A DNA stretch of 63,658 nt, filler included, from 13 parts of 13 records of this genome joined end to end with filler, not necessarily neighbours in it; one strand, 5' to 3'; positions 43,202 through 55,729 are shown, counted from the whole stretch's first letter. Notes: generated from the sequence alone by a model not told the origin. Made by a program: numbers and translations.

Positions 43202-45760
43202 CTACTCTGCATATGCCTGGCCAGTGTCTTCAGCGTCCTCCTCGTCTTCTAGTTCTACCTCCCTCAGCACACCCTCGGCCTTTTCCGACATCTTCTGCAG
43301 GTTCTGTTGGATGTAGTCGCGGTGGTCAGTCAAGTCAAATGTCAACGAGAGTAGCGCCTCGTTCATCATTTCCTTCTCCGACTCGAACCGCTGCTTTGTT
43401 GCCTGGAACTCCGCGTGGATAGTTTCCACTTTGTGCTGCGACTGCGCAAGCGACGACTCGTCCTCTGTTTTGAGCGAGTGGAGGCGGTCATCCACATCGG
43501 TGACCTCCTTCGTCACCGCCCGCTTCTTCGCCGTCCACAGCTCCTTCTCCTGCTCCAGGCTCTTCTCTGCACTTTGGAGGTTCTCGGAGACCTGAGCGAT
43601 CGCATCTCTGTGGTCGGTGATGGCCGACGTGATTTCGTGCAGCTTCTCCTCCGCAGCAAACTTGTCGTCTTCAATGGCGTGGCACTTGTCCACAAGCTTC
43701 ATCTTGAAGTCACCCAGTTTCGGCTTGATGTCATGCTTCAAGTCCTTGTCGACCATGCCATCAACGACTGACGCAAGTCGATTGAATTTGATTGAGACAT
43801 CCACGCCGTCTGCCAGCTTCGCACCTGCAGGCACGATCTTCAGCTGCTCGGCCCTCTTTTGGTATGTTTTGACATTCTCCTCCAGCTCGTCGGTTGCAGC
43901 CTTGGTGGCCATCTCGAGATCCCACAGTTCTTTCTCCATCGCCTCCTTCTCGTCCTGAATCCGCTGCAGGTTCTCGTCCATCGTCACCTTGTCGTGTTGC
44001 AGGCGCTGCACATCACCGATGCTCATCTCCTGCTGCCCCAGCTTTTGGCGATACTGCTGTTTCTCTGCCTCTGCCCGCTTCAGCTCGGTCTGGGCGTCCT
44101 CTGCCTCGGCCTGCTGCTTCTCCAGTTGACATTCCATTTTGCCCTTGTGGTTCTCCTGCGACTCTATGTACCGCTCTAGCGACGCCACGTCGCGCTGCAT
44201 CTCGTCACGCTTCGCGTCCATCTCCTTGATCTCGTCCACTTCTGCCTGCAGCAGTTCGATCTCCTCGCGCATCGCAGCGTTGTCCTCCTCCAGCTGCTGG
44301 ATTTCCTCGGTGCAGCTGCTGTTGCGCATCTCAAAGTGCGCCTCCATTTCCTCGTCCTGCGCCGACTCGTCGTATGCGTCTGACAGGTAGTTCTTGTAGG
44401 CGCGTGGCAGGAAGGCGAACAGAAACTTCTCCATGTCGTGAGAGGCGAACTCGTCCATCTCCTCGTGCGCGTCCTTGCCGTATTCCAGGAGCTCAACCGC
44501 CCAGACAAGCACCGCGAGCAGGTTCGGCCAGGTGTGCGGGGTCCCGACGGCTTGCAGCGCGGACTTGCTAATCGACAGCGGGTAGCCCAGCTGGCCCATC
44601 GCCGTCACAACGTCATCTTGAAGGCGCTCCTTGGGCGTGCGGTACGGGTCAAACTGGCTCACCAAAAACTCGAACACACGCTGGAAGTCCTTGGTCGTTG
44701 GGTTGTTCAGAATCTTGGTGCTGATCGTGTGGTCATAGTCTGTCGAGTCAGGCGAACGACGGCACACGACAGAAGGTGAGCCCAGCGAAGCGACCGAAGC
44801 GAGTGCTGGTGCTGGACAGCAGATGCGCAGCAGGCGGCTCCACGCACTGTTCTCGGCGAGGTAGCGAACCACGCTCATGGTGGCCTGAGTTTGGAACTTT
44901 TTGTCCTTGATCGGCCTCGGGTCGGTCATCCTGCGCGGCACCTCGTCCCCGATAATCGAGCGCCTCCCGCCCTGGGCCATGCTCTTCCGCCCGCCCACGC
45001 TCTTCCGCCCGCTGGGCGCCATGCTCTTCCGCGAGGCCCCACCGCCCACGCTCTTCCTGCCCCGCGACGTCGCCATCGACTCGCGCTTCTGCAAGCAAAC
45101 CAACACAAGCCGTCAGCTCTCTCCGCCTCAGCACACAGACAGAGAGGACACCCGCCCACTCGTCGGACCCCCAGAGAGCGAGCGCTGCGCTGGATGGGCA
45201 GCGCTCCGATCCAGCCCGCCCCTGTCTATCAGTAGGCGGACAGCGGGATTCCGTAGACGCAGCGGGACCGAGGCAAACACAGAGAAGAGCCAGCCAGCCG
45301 GCCGGAAGGAAGGAGCGCACAGAGACAGAAGGGGACAGAGAACGCAGGCAGAGAGGTAGCCAGAGGCGCCTCCACCCCTCCTACCTGGAGCTTCCCTCCT
45401 ATCTGCAGCAGATCGGAGAAGGGGGAGGGGAGGGAAAGGAAAGAGGGAACGCTGCGCAGGGACAGAAGGAACGGGACGGCACGTGTCCGTACCCCGGGGG
45501 CTCGCACGCTAGACAGAAACACCACAGAGGCACACGGCCACAGCGCCCAGCCACGAACCCCCGCTCCTCTCCTCCCCACATAGATACACACACAGAGAGA
45601 GAGAGCCCCACCACAAGCTATAACGGCTGTGCAACGGCTGTAACGGCTGTAACGGCTGGAAGGAAGGTGGGCTGCGCACCCGGCTCGCGGAGGGCATGAG
45701 GCTCATCCGGCTGTTGACCTCGTTCGCATCCAGCGCGCTCATCCGCCGCCCGCTCGCCAT
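43202..45760 (-). CDS. NDC80: Kinetochore protein NDC80/HEC1; 3 exons
   Basis: DPRPIKDK, PTTKDF..VFEFL, LGYP..ISKSAL.AVGTPHTWPNLLAVL.W, long coiled coil. Exon 1 45680-45760, intron 45089-45679, intron 44740-44847. Confidence 0.95.
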
Positions 45761-45867
45761 CCCCACCCACCACCACACCTGTAACGTCTGTACAACGTCC
45801 GTACAATGCCCGTGTAACGGCTTTGTAACGGCTGTATAACGGCTGTGTAACGGCTGTGTAACGGCTG
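45621..45867 (+). repeat. Two clusters of degenerate (TGTAACGGC)n repeats flanking NDC80 exon 1
   Basis: Cluster 45621-45658 lies in intron 1 and cluster about 45780-45867 lies upstream of the ATG. Confidence 0.85.
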
Positions 45868-46371
45868 CCCCTTATGAGGTGGCGCTGTCCGCCCTGACGA
45901 TTTAATAGAATTATATATAATTCCATACCCAATCGTCCGGCCGTACAAATCCATACTATGCAAAAACACGGTGGGTGCGATTATATACAGATTATATATA
46001 ACCGGGTCGATTCTCACACAGCGGCTACGCGTTGAGATCATACGTTGAATCAACCTATGGTGAAATGGTAGTATTACCCAATACAGAGAACGCAAATCAT
46101 GTAAATGAAAATACCGCGGCGCTTGATTTTGCATGANNNNNNNNNNNNNNNNNNNNNNNNNNNNNNNNNNNNNNNNNNNNTTAATTAATTAANNNNNNNN
46201 NNNNNNNNNNNNNNNNNNNNNNNNNNNNNNNNNNNNGCGCGCGCGCGCGCGCGCGCGCGCGCGCGGCCGGCACGACTCGAGGGTGGCGGGACGCGCGCGA
46301 CCTTCGTTGCGTTGGTTCGCGCGGCGGGAGGTCGCGGTGACGCTCGGGTGGAGCCAGAGGGAGTTGGCCAT

Positions 46372-47550
46372 ATGCAATTGCTTCTCTGCGTCGCTGCAAG
46401 CATGGCAAAGCTCGCGACGGCTGGGGATACAGTGTCGTGCCCGTGCTCCGACGCCGCGCTGTGCGAGCCGGTGCAGGTGCAGCACAAGCTCGAGCTGTTT
46501 GGGTTCACAGACCCAGACCTGTTCGCCGCGGGGTCGTGGCGGGAGTTTGAGTGGGAAAGAATCTCGACGCTAGTTTCTTGGACGTACGATGCGCAGGCTA
46601 TGTGCGAGGCGCACAGACACTCGGCACGGCTCATCGCCCCTTCTCCCGGTTTCTCGCTGTCGACGCTGCAGCACAACGCTACTGAGCAAAAACTCTGGGT
46701 CAGTGCCGCCGTGAAATCAGTCTCGTCGCGGTTTCTCGACGGTTTAACTTTCGATTTTGAGGACGCAATCGACAGCTCTCCAGGCTCGTCAACGCGTGAG
46801 CTAAGCGACGTCTACACCAGCCTCGTGCGAGAGACGACCACCGCCCTCCATGCCGCTGTGCCCGGCTCCCAAACGTCGGTCTGCGTCCCGTGGGACCCGC
46901 TAGATTCTGGCAGAAATTATGACTACGAAGGGCTCGCTTCAGGATCAGACATACTTTATGTGATGGGCTACGACACACGCGCGCAGATCTTTGGGCGCTG
47001 TATCGCTTCAGCCAACAGCCCACCCGCTGCGCTCGAGCACGGTGTGCGCCGATTCCTCGCGCGTGGCGTGCCTGCACATAAGCTCGTACTCGGTGTCCCC
47101 TTTTACGGCTATGCGTACCCGTGTCTCAACTCTGGTGTACTGGACGATGTTTGTGAAATTCCACAAATGGCATGGCGAGGGGTTAACTGCAGCGAGGTAG
47201 TTGGCGACGAGTTTCAATACATGGACGTGATGAACCTGCTCGACAACAACGTATGTCCGCCAAAGCTCGACCCACCAGCCAAGATATGCAACGTGACGAC
47301 CGGACGGCGGTGGGACGATAGCACTGCGTCGCCATACTTCAACTTTGTCGCTGACGGCCGGCTACGGCAGATGTGGTACGATGACCCAGAGTCGTTGCTT
47401 CTAAAGCGCCAGATTGTTATGCGCCTCGGCTTGCGTGGCTTCGGCCCATACCAACTGGACGATCTCGACACAAACGGTACGGGCACGGGCAACCCGCGCG
47501 CACGGGAAGAGTCTCAGCACATGTGGGACCTGCTGTCATTCAAGCCGTAA
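46372..47550 (+). CDS. CTBS: Di-N-acetylchitobiase (GH18, CTBS-like), secreted/lysosomal
   Basis: CPCSDAALCEPV, FLDGLTFDFE, YVMGYD, CIASANSP, KLVLGVPFYGYAYPC, SPYFN, QMWYDDPESL. Confidence 0.88.
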   Translation: MQLLLCVAASMAKLATAGDTVSCPCSDAALCEPVQVQHKLELFGFTDPDLFAAGSWREFEWERISTLVSWTYDAQAMCEAHRHSARLIAPSPGFSLSTLQHNATEQKLWVSAAVKSVSSRFLDGLTFDFEDAIDSSPGSSTRELSDVYTSLVRETTTALHAAVPGSQTSVCVPWDPLDSGRNYDYEGLASGSDILYVMGYDTRAQIFGRCIASANSPPAALEHGVRRFLARGVPAHKLVLGVPFYGYAYPCLNSGVLDDVCEIPQMAWRGVNCSEVVGDEFQYMDVMNLLDNNVCPPKLDPPAKICNVTTGRRWDDSTASPYFNFVADGRLRQMWYDDPESLLLKRQIVMRLGLRGFGPYQLDDLDTNGTGTGNPRAREESQHMWDLLSFKP

Positions 47551-47734
47551 GAGCTGCTCCTAGGTGGCTCCTAGGTGTAACCCTAAAATTACATATATAT
47601 CTGGTTTTGTGTCACCACCCTCCGTTTCTCGCCGAGAGCTATCATCGACCTAAGGTGGCGCGCTAGCAGGCCAAAAGCTGAATTCCCCGCTCTTGAGATA
47701 GCAACAAGGATAGGGTGCGTTTTAGGCGAGCGGG

Positions 47735-48049
47735 GTGTTAAAACGTACAAGGAGCCACACCGCATATGCTTCTGGCGGCGCTTCCACGGCTTCGAATGAC
47801 AACACTTGGAACAATTACCCAAGCCGGCTCGAGGACATGCCGATGAACAATATAGTTCCAATTGAATTCAATCTAGTGCACAGAGGGGCGGGTTCCCAAC
47901 ATGTGATTGGACTACGCCGGGGGAACAATATGTTGGAGGTCAGTCTGATCGACGACGGGAAGCGATCAATGCAACCGTTGACGCTTGCAGAGGTTCGGCT
48001 GGTCGTTCGATACAAGAACCGAGCGCACCAGGCGGCCGCCCGACTATGA
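47735..48049 (+). pseudogene. Orphan fragment resembling the C-terminal beta-domain of a GHL10-family paralogue
   Basis: LRRGNNMLEVSL...LTLAEVRLVVRY aligns by eye with PVPGNNRISVEC...LQLRDVELDVQY of the convergent gene. Only about 185 nt separate it from the CTBS stop. Confidence 0.4.
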
Positions 48050-48091
48050 TCCGTTGTGATGCATTGATACCGGTTTTGTTATTTGAACAAG

Positions 48092-49959
48092 TTAGAGCTT
48101 TGGCCGAGAGTCCGCCAAGATCGATGGACCAAGTGCTAGGTCCTGCCCACGATGCCACGCCCTTCCAGGTAGATACTGCACATCTAGTTCCACATCTCGC
48201 AATTGCAACAGCACTGAACCCGCCAATGCGTCGTCTCGGTGCTCGCATTCGACTGAGATCCTGTTGTTGCCTGGGACAGGCCAATGTTGAGCAAAGTGCA
48301 GGAGCTCGAAGCAATACCAGTATGAGTTGTTCACCCGATCTGCAGATCACACCAGATAGGGAAACGCAAACAACAGCCAACCCAAAATCTACCAGTCAGC
48401 GAATGGATTACAGATCATGTTTCCGTCGTGGAATTTGCAAAGTAGTGATGCAGATGCAATCTCGGGATGTCCATTCAACTTACACCGGGGTGCCGTCATG
48501 CGGTACATCTCGTTGATACGGCGCAGACATGTTGGTGCTTGTGGCAGAGGTTGGCCGTTGAGCGAAAAGCTAAGGACGTCCAGCTCTGTCGCGCCTTGCA
48601 CACGAAATCGCAGCAGCACAGAGTGCACCTGGCCCTCGGCCGCGTACCTCACCAGTTCGTCCGTGATCTCTAGGTTCACTGTGCATGGCAGTTCAGACGG
48701 CAGGGGCTGCAGATCCTCCGTTCCAGAGCCCAGCGGTGGCAGCCCGTCAGGGTACGGCGCTTCTGTGTCGGTGAGGACGTAGTAGGACTTGTCCTTTGGC
48801 GCCATTATTTCTGGGAAGGCGACTTCGCGCAGCTTCTCATAGTAATCGCCTTGAAATGGCCACATGTGATACTGCGTGCACGTCGGAAGCAAGTCAATAT
48901 GACATGCACCACAGGGCTTACGTAACACACAGGGACGAGAAGCTTTCTTACCCATTGGTTGATGTAGATCCCGTCCACACCCTGCGCCCAGGCGTTGCAC
49001 GCAGCAGCTCGGATCATTGGGAGTGGTGCCTGATCCAGCCGGTCAGAGTTGAGATAGGAGTAGACCGACGCCAGCACGCGTGTGTGCGTCCCACTCGCGG
49101 CGGCGATCACTGGCCGCCAGTCTTTGTTCGGGTCGCAGCGGTTGCCGTCCGTATTCTCACCGATTACCACGTCGACAAGCCCGGCAAGGCACCAATCCCG
49201 CACAGCCAGACCTTGGGCGTCGCAGATATTCAACCCTGGGACACGGACCACCAGCTCAGCGTTCACGCCTCTCTCCGCCGTCAGCAGCGCCCGGATCTCG
49301 GCGATCCACCGAGTCATCACCTCAGCACCTTCAGCCATTCGTGACGGGTGGAAGTAGTACCGGCTGTAGTTAAGGTTGAGCTCGAAGCCATCGATCTCGT
49401 ACCGCTGGATCACCTCGCGGATCAGTGCCATACGCTCTTCACGCACTGCCGCAATTCCAAAGTCGAAGCAGTCAGCGCTATTCCCCTCAAGCTCGTTGCG
49501 ATCGTCGCCATCCCTGCCGATGGCGTACTCAGTGGCGTGCTCTTGGTGCCAGGTCGAGCAGCGCACCCCACCGTCTGGTGGCGTCTGCACGAGCAGGCAG
49601 GGGTAGAGCTTCAGGCCTCGTGAGTGCGCGCGATCGATGACGATCGTCAAAGGATCGAGGCCCTGCGAGATGAGGTGCGATGCATTCTGGTGTGCCCGCC
49701 GAAAGATTGTGTGGTCCCATCCGCCGTCGCCGATGGCTGGGTGGGAGCCATCTTCTACGTTGGCGCCCCAGAGCTCGCCCACCTCAGTGTCGTGCAGCAT
49801 TGTCCGGCCATCGCCAAGGCAAAAGCTTAGAACCTCGACCGGCGTGCCCACGAGCTCGTCGACACAGTGCTCGTATTGTTCCTGGGTGATGGGCGGCTCA
49901 TACATATAAATTAGTGGGTGGCGGCCGTCGTGGTAGTAGTAAACTGTGGGTGGCGCCAT
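48092..49959 (-). CDS. Bacterial-type glycosyl-hydrolase-like (GHL10/DUF187-like TIM barrel) protein; 3 exons
   Basis: YYHDGRH, DPLTIVIDRAHSRGL, FDFGIAAVREER..IREVIQRYEIDGFELN, RAAACNAWAQGVDGIY. Introns 48872-48951 and 48340-48483 join three listed ORFs in frame. Confidence 0.8.
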
Positions 49960-50388
49960 TCGTGCGCAGCAGCCGGACGCGCGCCCGGCGGGACGCGCAC
50001 GTGTACCTGCGCGCGCGTGCGTGCACCCCGGCGGCCGCCGCACGAGCAGTCAACTACTTGTTCTATTGTCCATTATGATTGTTAATNNNNNNNNNNNNNN
50101 NNNNNNNNNNNNNNNNNNNNNNNNNNNNNNTTAATTAATTAANNNNNNNNNNNNNNNNNNNNNNNNNNNNNNNNNNNNNNNNNNNNATAGACCCGGTATC
50201 ATCGGATACACTGGGGGTGCCAAAATTCTGTGGGGGCGGGACCCACCGCGCGTACGGGTTATCCTATCCCGATGCCCCTGCCTCGCTGTGCGACGTGCTG
50301 CACCGCGCTGCACCCCCGTGCACCGCGAGGCGCACGACGCGAGGACTAGAGCAGCAGAGAAGAGCGAGCGAGCGAGTGTGCGGCGAGG

Positions 50389-53300
50389 ATGTTTCCGCTG
50401 CTGCTGGCGCTACATATCCTCAGCACCACCATCGTGCACGCGAGTGGCCGCGCACAGGTGCCAGAGCTGGCCGCACTCATGGCGATGGCGTGCCTCGTGG
50501 AGCCGCACCTGCTGCTCGTGGCAGCGCAGGTCCCCACAATCGAGGAGCTCTCCTCGACCTGGCAGCTGGTGCGTATCTGTAGACCGGCTGCCACAAAGCT
50601 GCTGCCATGCCCGGCGGGCGTGGGGCTGGACGCCCAGGCTTGCGCAGACTATGGGTGCTGTCACGACCGTCAATCCGCGCAGTGTTTTCTGCCAAATGGC
50701 GAAGACAGGCTTGCGGCAGGGGGGCCTCAGGAAGTCTTCGCCGCCAACCAGGCTGTGCCCGCGATCGCCCAGCCAGGTGGCGCCCTTGCCGTCGACAACG
50801 GGGGCGACCTGCTAGGGGTCGGGTGCTTCGATGCCCCGCCCTTTGCGGGCACATGCGGCCCAGAGTCATTTGGGACGCTCAGCATTGACGGTTTTCACAG
50901 CGCTGCCCTGACCACTGGCCTATCAACTCTGTGGGCCCCGCACCATATCATGCGCAACGCCACTCTGTGGCGGCCTGGTGGGGGCGAGGTCCGCGGGATG
51001 AGTAGCGTCCGCATGGGCTTCGATTCCCAGGTGGTACTGCTGCGGCTCGAGCTCGAAGCTCTCAGCCCCAGCCAAGCGCCACTTAATGTTTCGATTAGCC
51101 TCGCCGCACTCATCTTTGCGCAGACGGGTGGGTGGGCGTGGCCGATCGAACGTCCGCGAGACGGTGATGGAATGGTGTGTAGTGTCCGGCGGAACACACC
51201 CGGTGCACTGACGGTGCACCCAGGTTCGAACACGAGCTCTGTGTCCGCCTTCAGCCAAGGAACGCCTGTACCCGTGCTTAGCATGCAGAAGTCTGCTGCA
51301 GTCGTCGCTTCGTGGCCAGCACTGCAAATGAAACCAGGCGAACCTATCATCATCGAGCTGGCCCTCGCAGTCGGGCGAGGTGACCCCGTGGATATCGAGC
51401 AGAAGGTGGATGCTGTGGCGCAGGACTTTGGCTCTGCGTGGGCTGATGCAGCAACAGACTGGTCAGACTGGTGGGACAGTGCGTTTGATCCGTCGATGCA
51501 CGCTGCACGGCAGCAAGCAGGCCGGCGCGATCTCGGCGCAGCGGTTGTGTTTGAAGGGCAGCTGCCAATACTAACGTCCGATGATGAGGCACTTAAACGC
51601 ACATACTACATGGGTGCTGTGACACTGCTCACGATGGCGAGACACGACATCGTGTCTGGCAGCAAGTGGGAGGGTAAAATGTGCTTCGGCTCAGCTGGAG
51701 TGGAGTCAGCATTTGCGGCGATGTATATTTGGGACACCACACTCAACTCGTTGTTGCTGACTCTGTTGGAGCCTTCTTATTTCCAGTCAATGATCGAAGC
51801 GTGGCTGGGCATGGGCATCCACCAGCACTATGCTGTGGACTATGTTTCCAATAAGGGAATCGGACCCTGGTAAGAAAGATGTTGCATCCTCTATTTCCTC
51901 TTCTGCTTGTTTCAATGTGAACTACGGTCGCCAATGTTTACCACGGTACTGACAATCGGCTGCATCGTCCAATGTGGTGTGAAATGATGCAGGTATGCAT
52001 TTAATGACATGATGGTTTACAGAGCGATGGATACCGTCGCTAGATGGGGCCACGCAGGACCGAGGGCATACGCGTTGGATACGCACATTCAGAACAAGAC
52101 CATGCTGCAATGGATGGACACGACGAGCACCTATTGGCAGCAGCTTCTAAACACGCCGCACAAGGCTGGTGAGCACAAATTTCTGCCGGCTGAAATGGGC
52201 ACCAGCGGCAACGAATGTGGAAATCTTAGCGGCATTTACTACGGTGGGCACAAAGATGGTGCACTGGAGACAAAGTGGCCCATATCAATCACTCAAACCA
52301 CCGCAGCCACTCTCAAAGCACATTGGCCACATGGTTGTGCCGTAGGCTTTTGGTGTGATGCACACGCCGTCTTGCGGCCCGACGGAGACATCGACACCGC
52401 GTTATTCACCCAAGCAGGTAAGCCTTATCCAGTTACAGTGGGCTCAAATTGGCTAAACGGGACAGTCGAAAGTTGTGAGACCTTCAGATGGCCGAGCACA
52501 AGCACGTTGTGGTGCCGGAACGGTAGCTCGACCGCCTGCACAGTTGCTCCTGCTCTACCTCCCGATGGCCTCGCGGACTATGGTGGTGCAAACAACCTCC
52601 TGGAGTGTGTGCCCACATACATCCATAAGGTGGCGAGCCTCAACGCCGCAAACGCATGGATGATGAGGCAGACTGCGGCATTGACCTCCAACACTTCTCG
52701 CAGACAGGAGCTGCGAGGCGCGGCTGACAAGCTGTCGGAGCTGGTGCGGACCAAGCTGTACGTCAATGCAGAGGGAAACGAGTCGGGAGGATATTGGGCA
52801 TGCGAGCAGCCAAATGGGGAGTTAGTGCCTGTGCGGCACGTTATCGACTTCATTACCATCGGCGCCGCCTTGCTCGATGACCTGGACAACGCGACCAGAG
52901 CAGAAATGGTTGCGTTTGTCAAACGTGAGCTTTTGACTCGAAATTGGATGCGCGCCCTATCTGTGGAAGATGAAGCCGCCCCAAGGTCAGACAGAAAGGA
53001 TCATGGGCCGTTTGGTGCTTATGATGGCTGGCTCGGCGAGACAGTCCAGGTGTTGTCTCTCTTCGGCCATGCATACTACGCGGATGCGCTGCAACTGGTG
53101 CGCAGTATGGCTCCAGTGTACGACCGTGGGCCTGGTGGACAGTCGCATCAGGCACGTCTCCTGCCCCAAACTCCAGCAACTGTCACCGCGCAAGCACAGA
53201 GACGTGCAGACTTCGAATGATTCTGAGAGCCTGTCGTGTGCTGCCAAATGCTGGCCCGCAGGTGTTTGATCGCAATGGCACCGTCTACGAGTTGCCGTAA

Positions 53301-53826
53301 GTGCACTTTTCATCTCTCTGTAGATAGCATCTCATCGCTGCAGTCAATCTAAACCCCCAGTCACTCCACAACGAAAGGGTGGCCTTTCTGCTATTCGGCC
53401 ATACTGCCTCACACTGTGGTTTGACGCCGCAGTGCAAAAGCTCATGCGGACCAACAGTACATTGCCTTGTCAGGAGCTGGTAAGTTCTGTGACGGTGATA
53501 TCATACATATGGATAGCGTGCTGGGAGGATAGCTATCATTATATCCAGACGGTTTGCTTTCAGTTTTGGTGTTCAGGCATTGGTGTGCCTGTGTGGCGTT
53601 TACAACAGTGATTACGAATCGAATCATCACAGGCCTTTTCGGTGTAGATCCACCGCTGGCATTCTCCACACCCACGTCCCCAGGCTCTCCCGACTCGCCG
53701 AGCAAGTGGCTCCGCGATGCAGGGACGGCTCGAGGTTTTGACGGCACGCTGACAGGCCTGCGAATTCGTGGTGGACTCTATACTGTGACTTCTACACCAG
53801 CTGGCCTGTCCATCAAGCAGCAGTGA
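50389..53826 (+). CDS. Secreted uncharacterised (alpha/alpha)6 glycoside-hydrolase-like protein with a trefoil-like N-terminal module; 5-6 exons
   Basis: Signal peptide; CADYGCC....QCF (trefoil-like); YIWDT, GPW|YAFND, GLADYG..NLLECVPTY.H, VRHVIDF, WMRALS, DHGPFGAYDGW, GQSHQ. Includes GC-AG intron 53152-53261. Confidence 0.75.
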
Positions 53827-54094
53827 GTGTCGCAAGCTGCGCTACTGCGCCGATGAGGATTTCGATGCTCAGCGGAGGTGTTGGTCCAGTGATGGAGCTA
53901 CAACCGCGATCGCTGGCTTCGATCCGCGCAAGAATGAATCGATCGTGGAGGACGTTGGCGCAAGGGCTGGGAGAAATGCCGAGGGCCGGGCTGATGCTGA
54001 TTTAGTGTGGCAATGCAATTATGAGCGAATTCGACGAGTCACCTCTCGTTTCTCATCACTGTCACCGCGTGCCTCTCTCGCGCGCGCTCGCCAT

Positions 54095-55688
54095 CTACTC
54101 CCACGGACCCTCGATGCGAATGAGCTGCGACTCGATGCCGCTGCCACCCACAGCGCTCTGCACGGCCGTCTCAGCGGCAGTGTCAGCCGTCACCACCACA
54201 GTGTACGTCCCGTCGCTCTGAATGCTTTCTACCGGAATGTCGCCAAGGAGGCCAGTCACCGCACCCTCGTCACCGGTGTTGAACCGGAGGTAGTACGCGC
54301 CGACGCGCTCGTCCATGGTGGCGGTGACAGGCGGCTGGAGGGCAGCCACAGGGACTCCGAACACCGGCGGCACATTGTTGCGCGCGAGATCGATCAGGTC
54401 CGCAACGCAGGAAGAAGCTGTGGCCTCGCGGCCAGCGCCGCGGCCCTGGGTGAAGGTCGGTCCGACAAAGTCGCCCATGGTGAAAAGACCGTTCACAACG
54501 CCGTGGGTGGAGCCGAGGGCGGTGGTTACAGGAATCATGGCTGGGTGAACACGCTGCAGGACAGCGCCGGAGGCGGTCTGGCTCGAGATACCCAGCAGCT
54601 TGATGGACATGCCGAGCTTGTCGGCCATGGCAACGTCATAGTCACCGATGGTACGGATGCCTTCGGTGTAGACGGCGTCGAATGCCGGGAGGGTGCCGTT
54701 CGAGACGGCGGAGACTAGCGCGAGCTTGTGTGCGGTGTCGATGCCGTCGACGTCAAGGTCCGGCGGCGTCTCGGCGTAGCCGAGGGCCTGAGCCTCCGCG
54801 AGTACGTCGTCGAACGCACGGCCAGTCTCCTTCATCGTCGTCAGGATGAAGTTGCATGTACCTGAGGAACAACACGATTCAGCTGTGCTGCAGGAAGCCA
54901 GCCGGAGCCAACGAAATGCCAGGGACGATGTTGCGCACCGTTCATGATGCCGGCAGCGTAGGTGATGTTGTTGGCAGCGATGCCTTCCTTCAGAGCCTTG
55001 ATGCATGGGATGCCACCGCCCACGGCAGCTTCCCAGCCGATGGTGGCGTTGTTCTCCTCCGCGAGCCCAGCGAGGCGCGGGCCGTGCAGCGCGAGCATGG
55101 CCTTGTTGGCCGTCACCACGCTCTTGCCGAGGCCGAGCGCTTCCTCGGCGATCCTGCGGACGCGGGGGGCGAGCGCGTGTCAGCACCGCGTGGACGTCTG
55201 GGCCGGCGGCCGCAGCGGCGGCGGCGGCCGTGCCCACGCGCGCGACTCACGTGAGGGCAACGCCGTAGCCACCGATGGTCTCCACGACAACGTCGACGTC
55301 GGCCTCCTTGGCCATCTGCACGGCGTCGTCGTACCAGACCGCGCCGCTGATGTCGACGCCCTCCGGCTTGACGATGTCAGCGACGGCGGCGAGCTCAATG
55401 GCCCGGCCGCCGCATCGTGCGGCGATGAGGCCGGCATTCTGCTTGAGGATCTGGCAGACACCGCCACCTGCGCACCCACACCAGAGGCTCGTGAGCACCG
55501 AGCGCGTGCTCGACACGCACACAGGGAGGGACAGAGAGACACCCGCCCACCCACCCAACCACAAGAGGGAGACAGGCATCGCCAGGGAGACAGGCCACAC
55601 ACAGGGAGGGAGGGCATGGAACGGTCGTGCTGCTGCCTGCGTCCTTACCTACGGTGCCCAAGCCCGACACGGCCACGCGCAACGCCAT
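54095..55688 (-). CDS. hom: Homoserine dehydrogenase (bacterial-type, with a reduced C-terminal ACT-like part); 4 exons
   Basis: VSGLGTV|GGG, VVVETIGG, VVTANKA, EAAVGGGIP, GIMN|GTCNFIL, AQALGYAE..PDLDVDGIDTAHKL, GRGAG..ATAS. Confidence 0.93.
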
Positions 55689-55729
55689 CTCTCCGCGCCC
55701 CTCCCACACTTGTTCAACTGGGTGGCGTG

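Noticed and set aside
41585-45760. Sfi1-like gene next to NDC80 as a mitotic gene cluster
   Set aside because: A single convergent pair; chance adjacency is sufficient.
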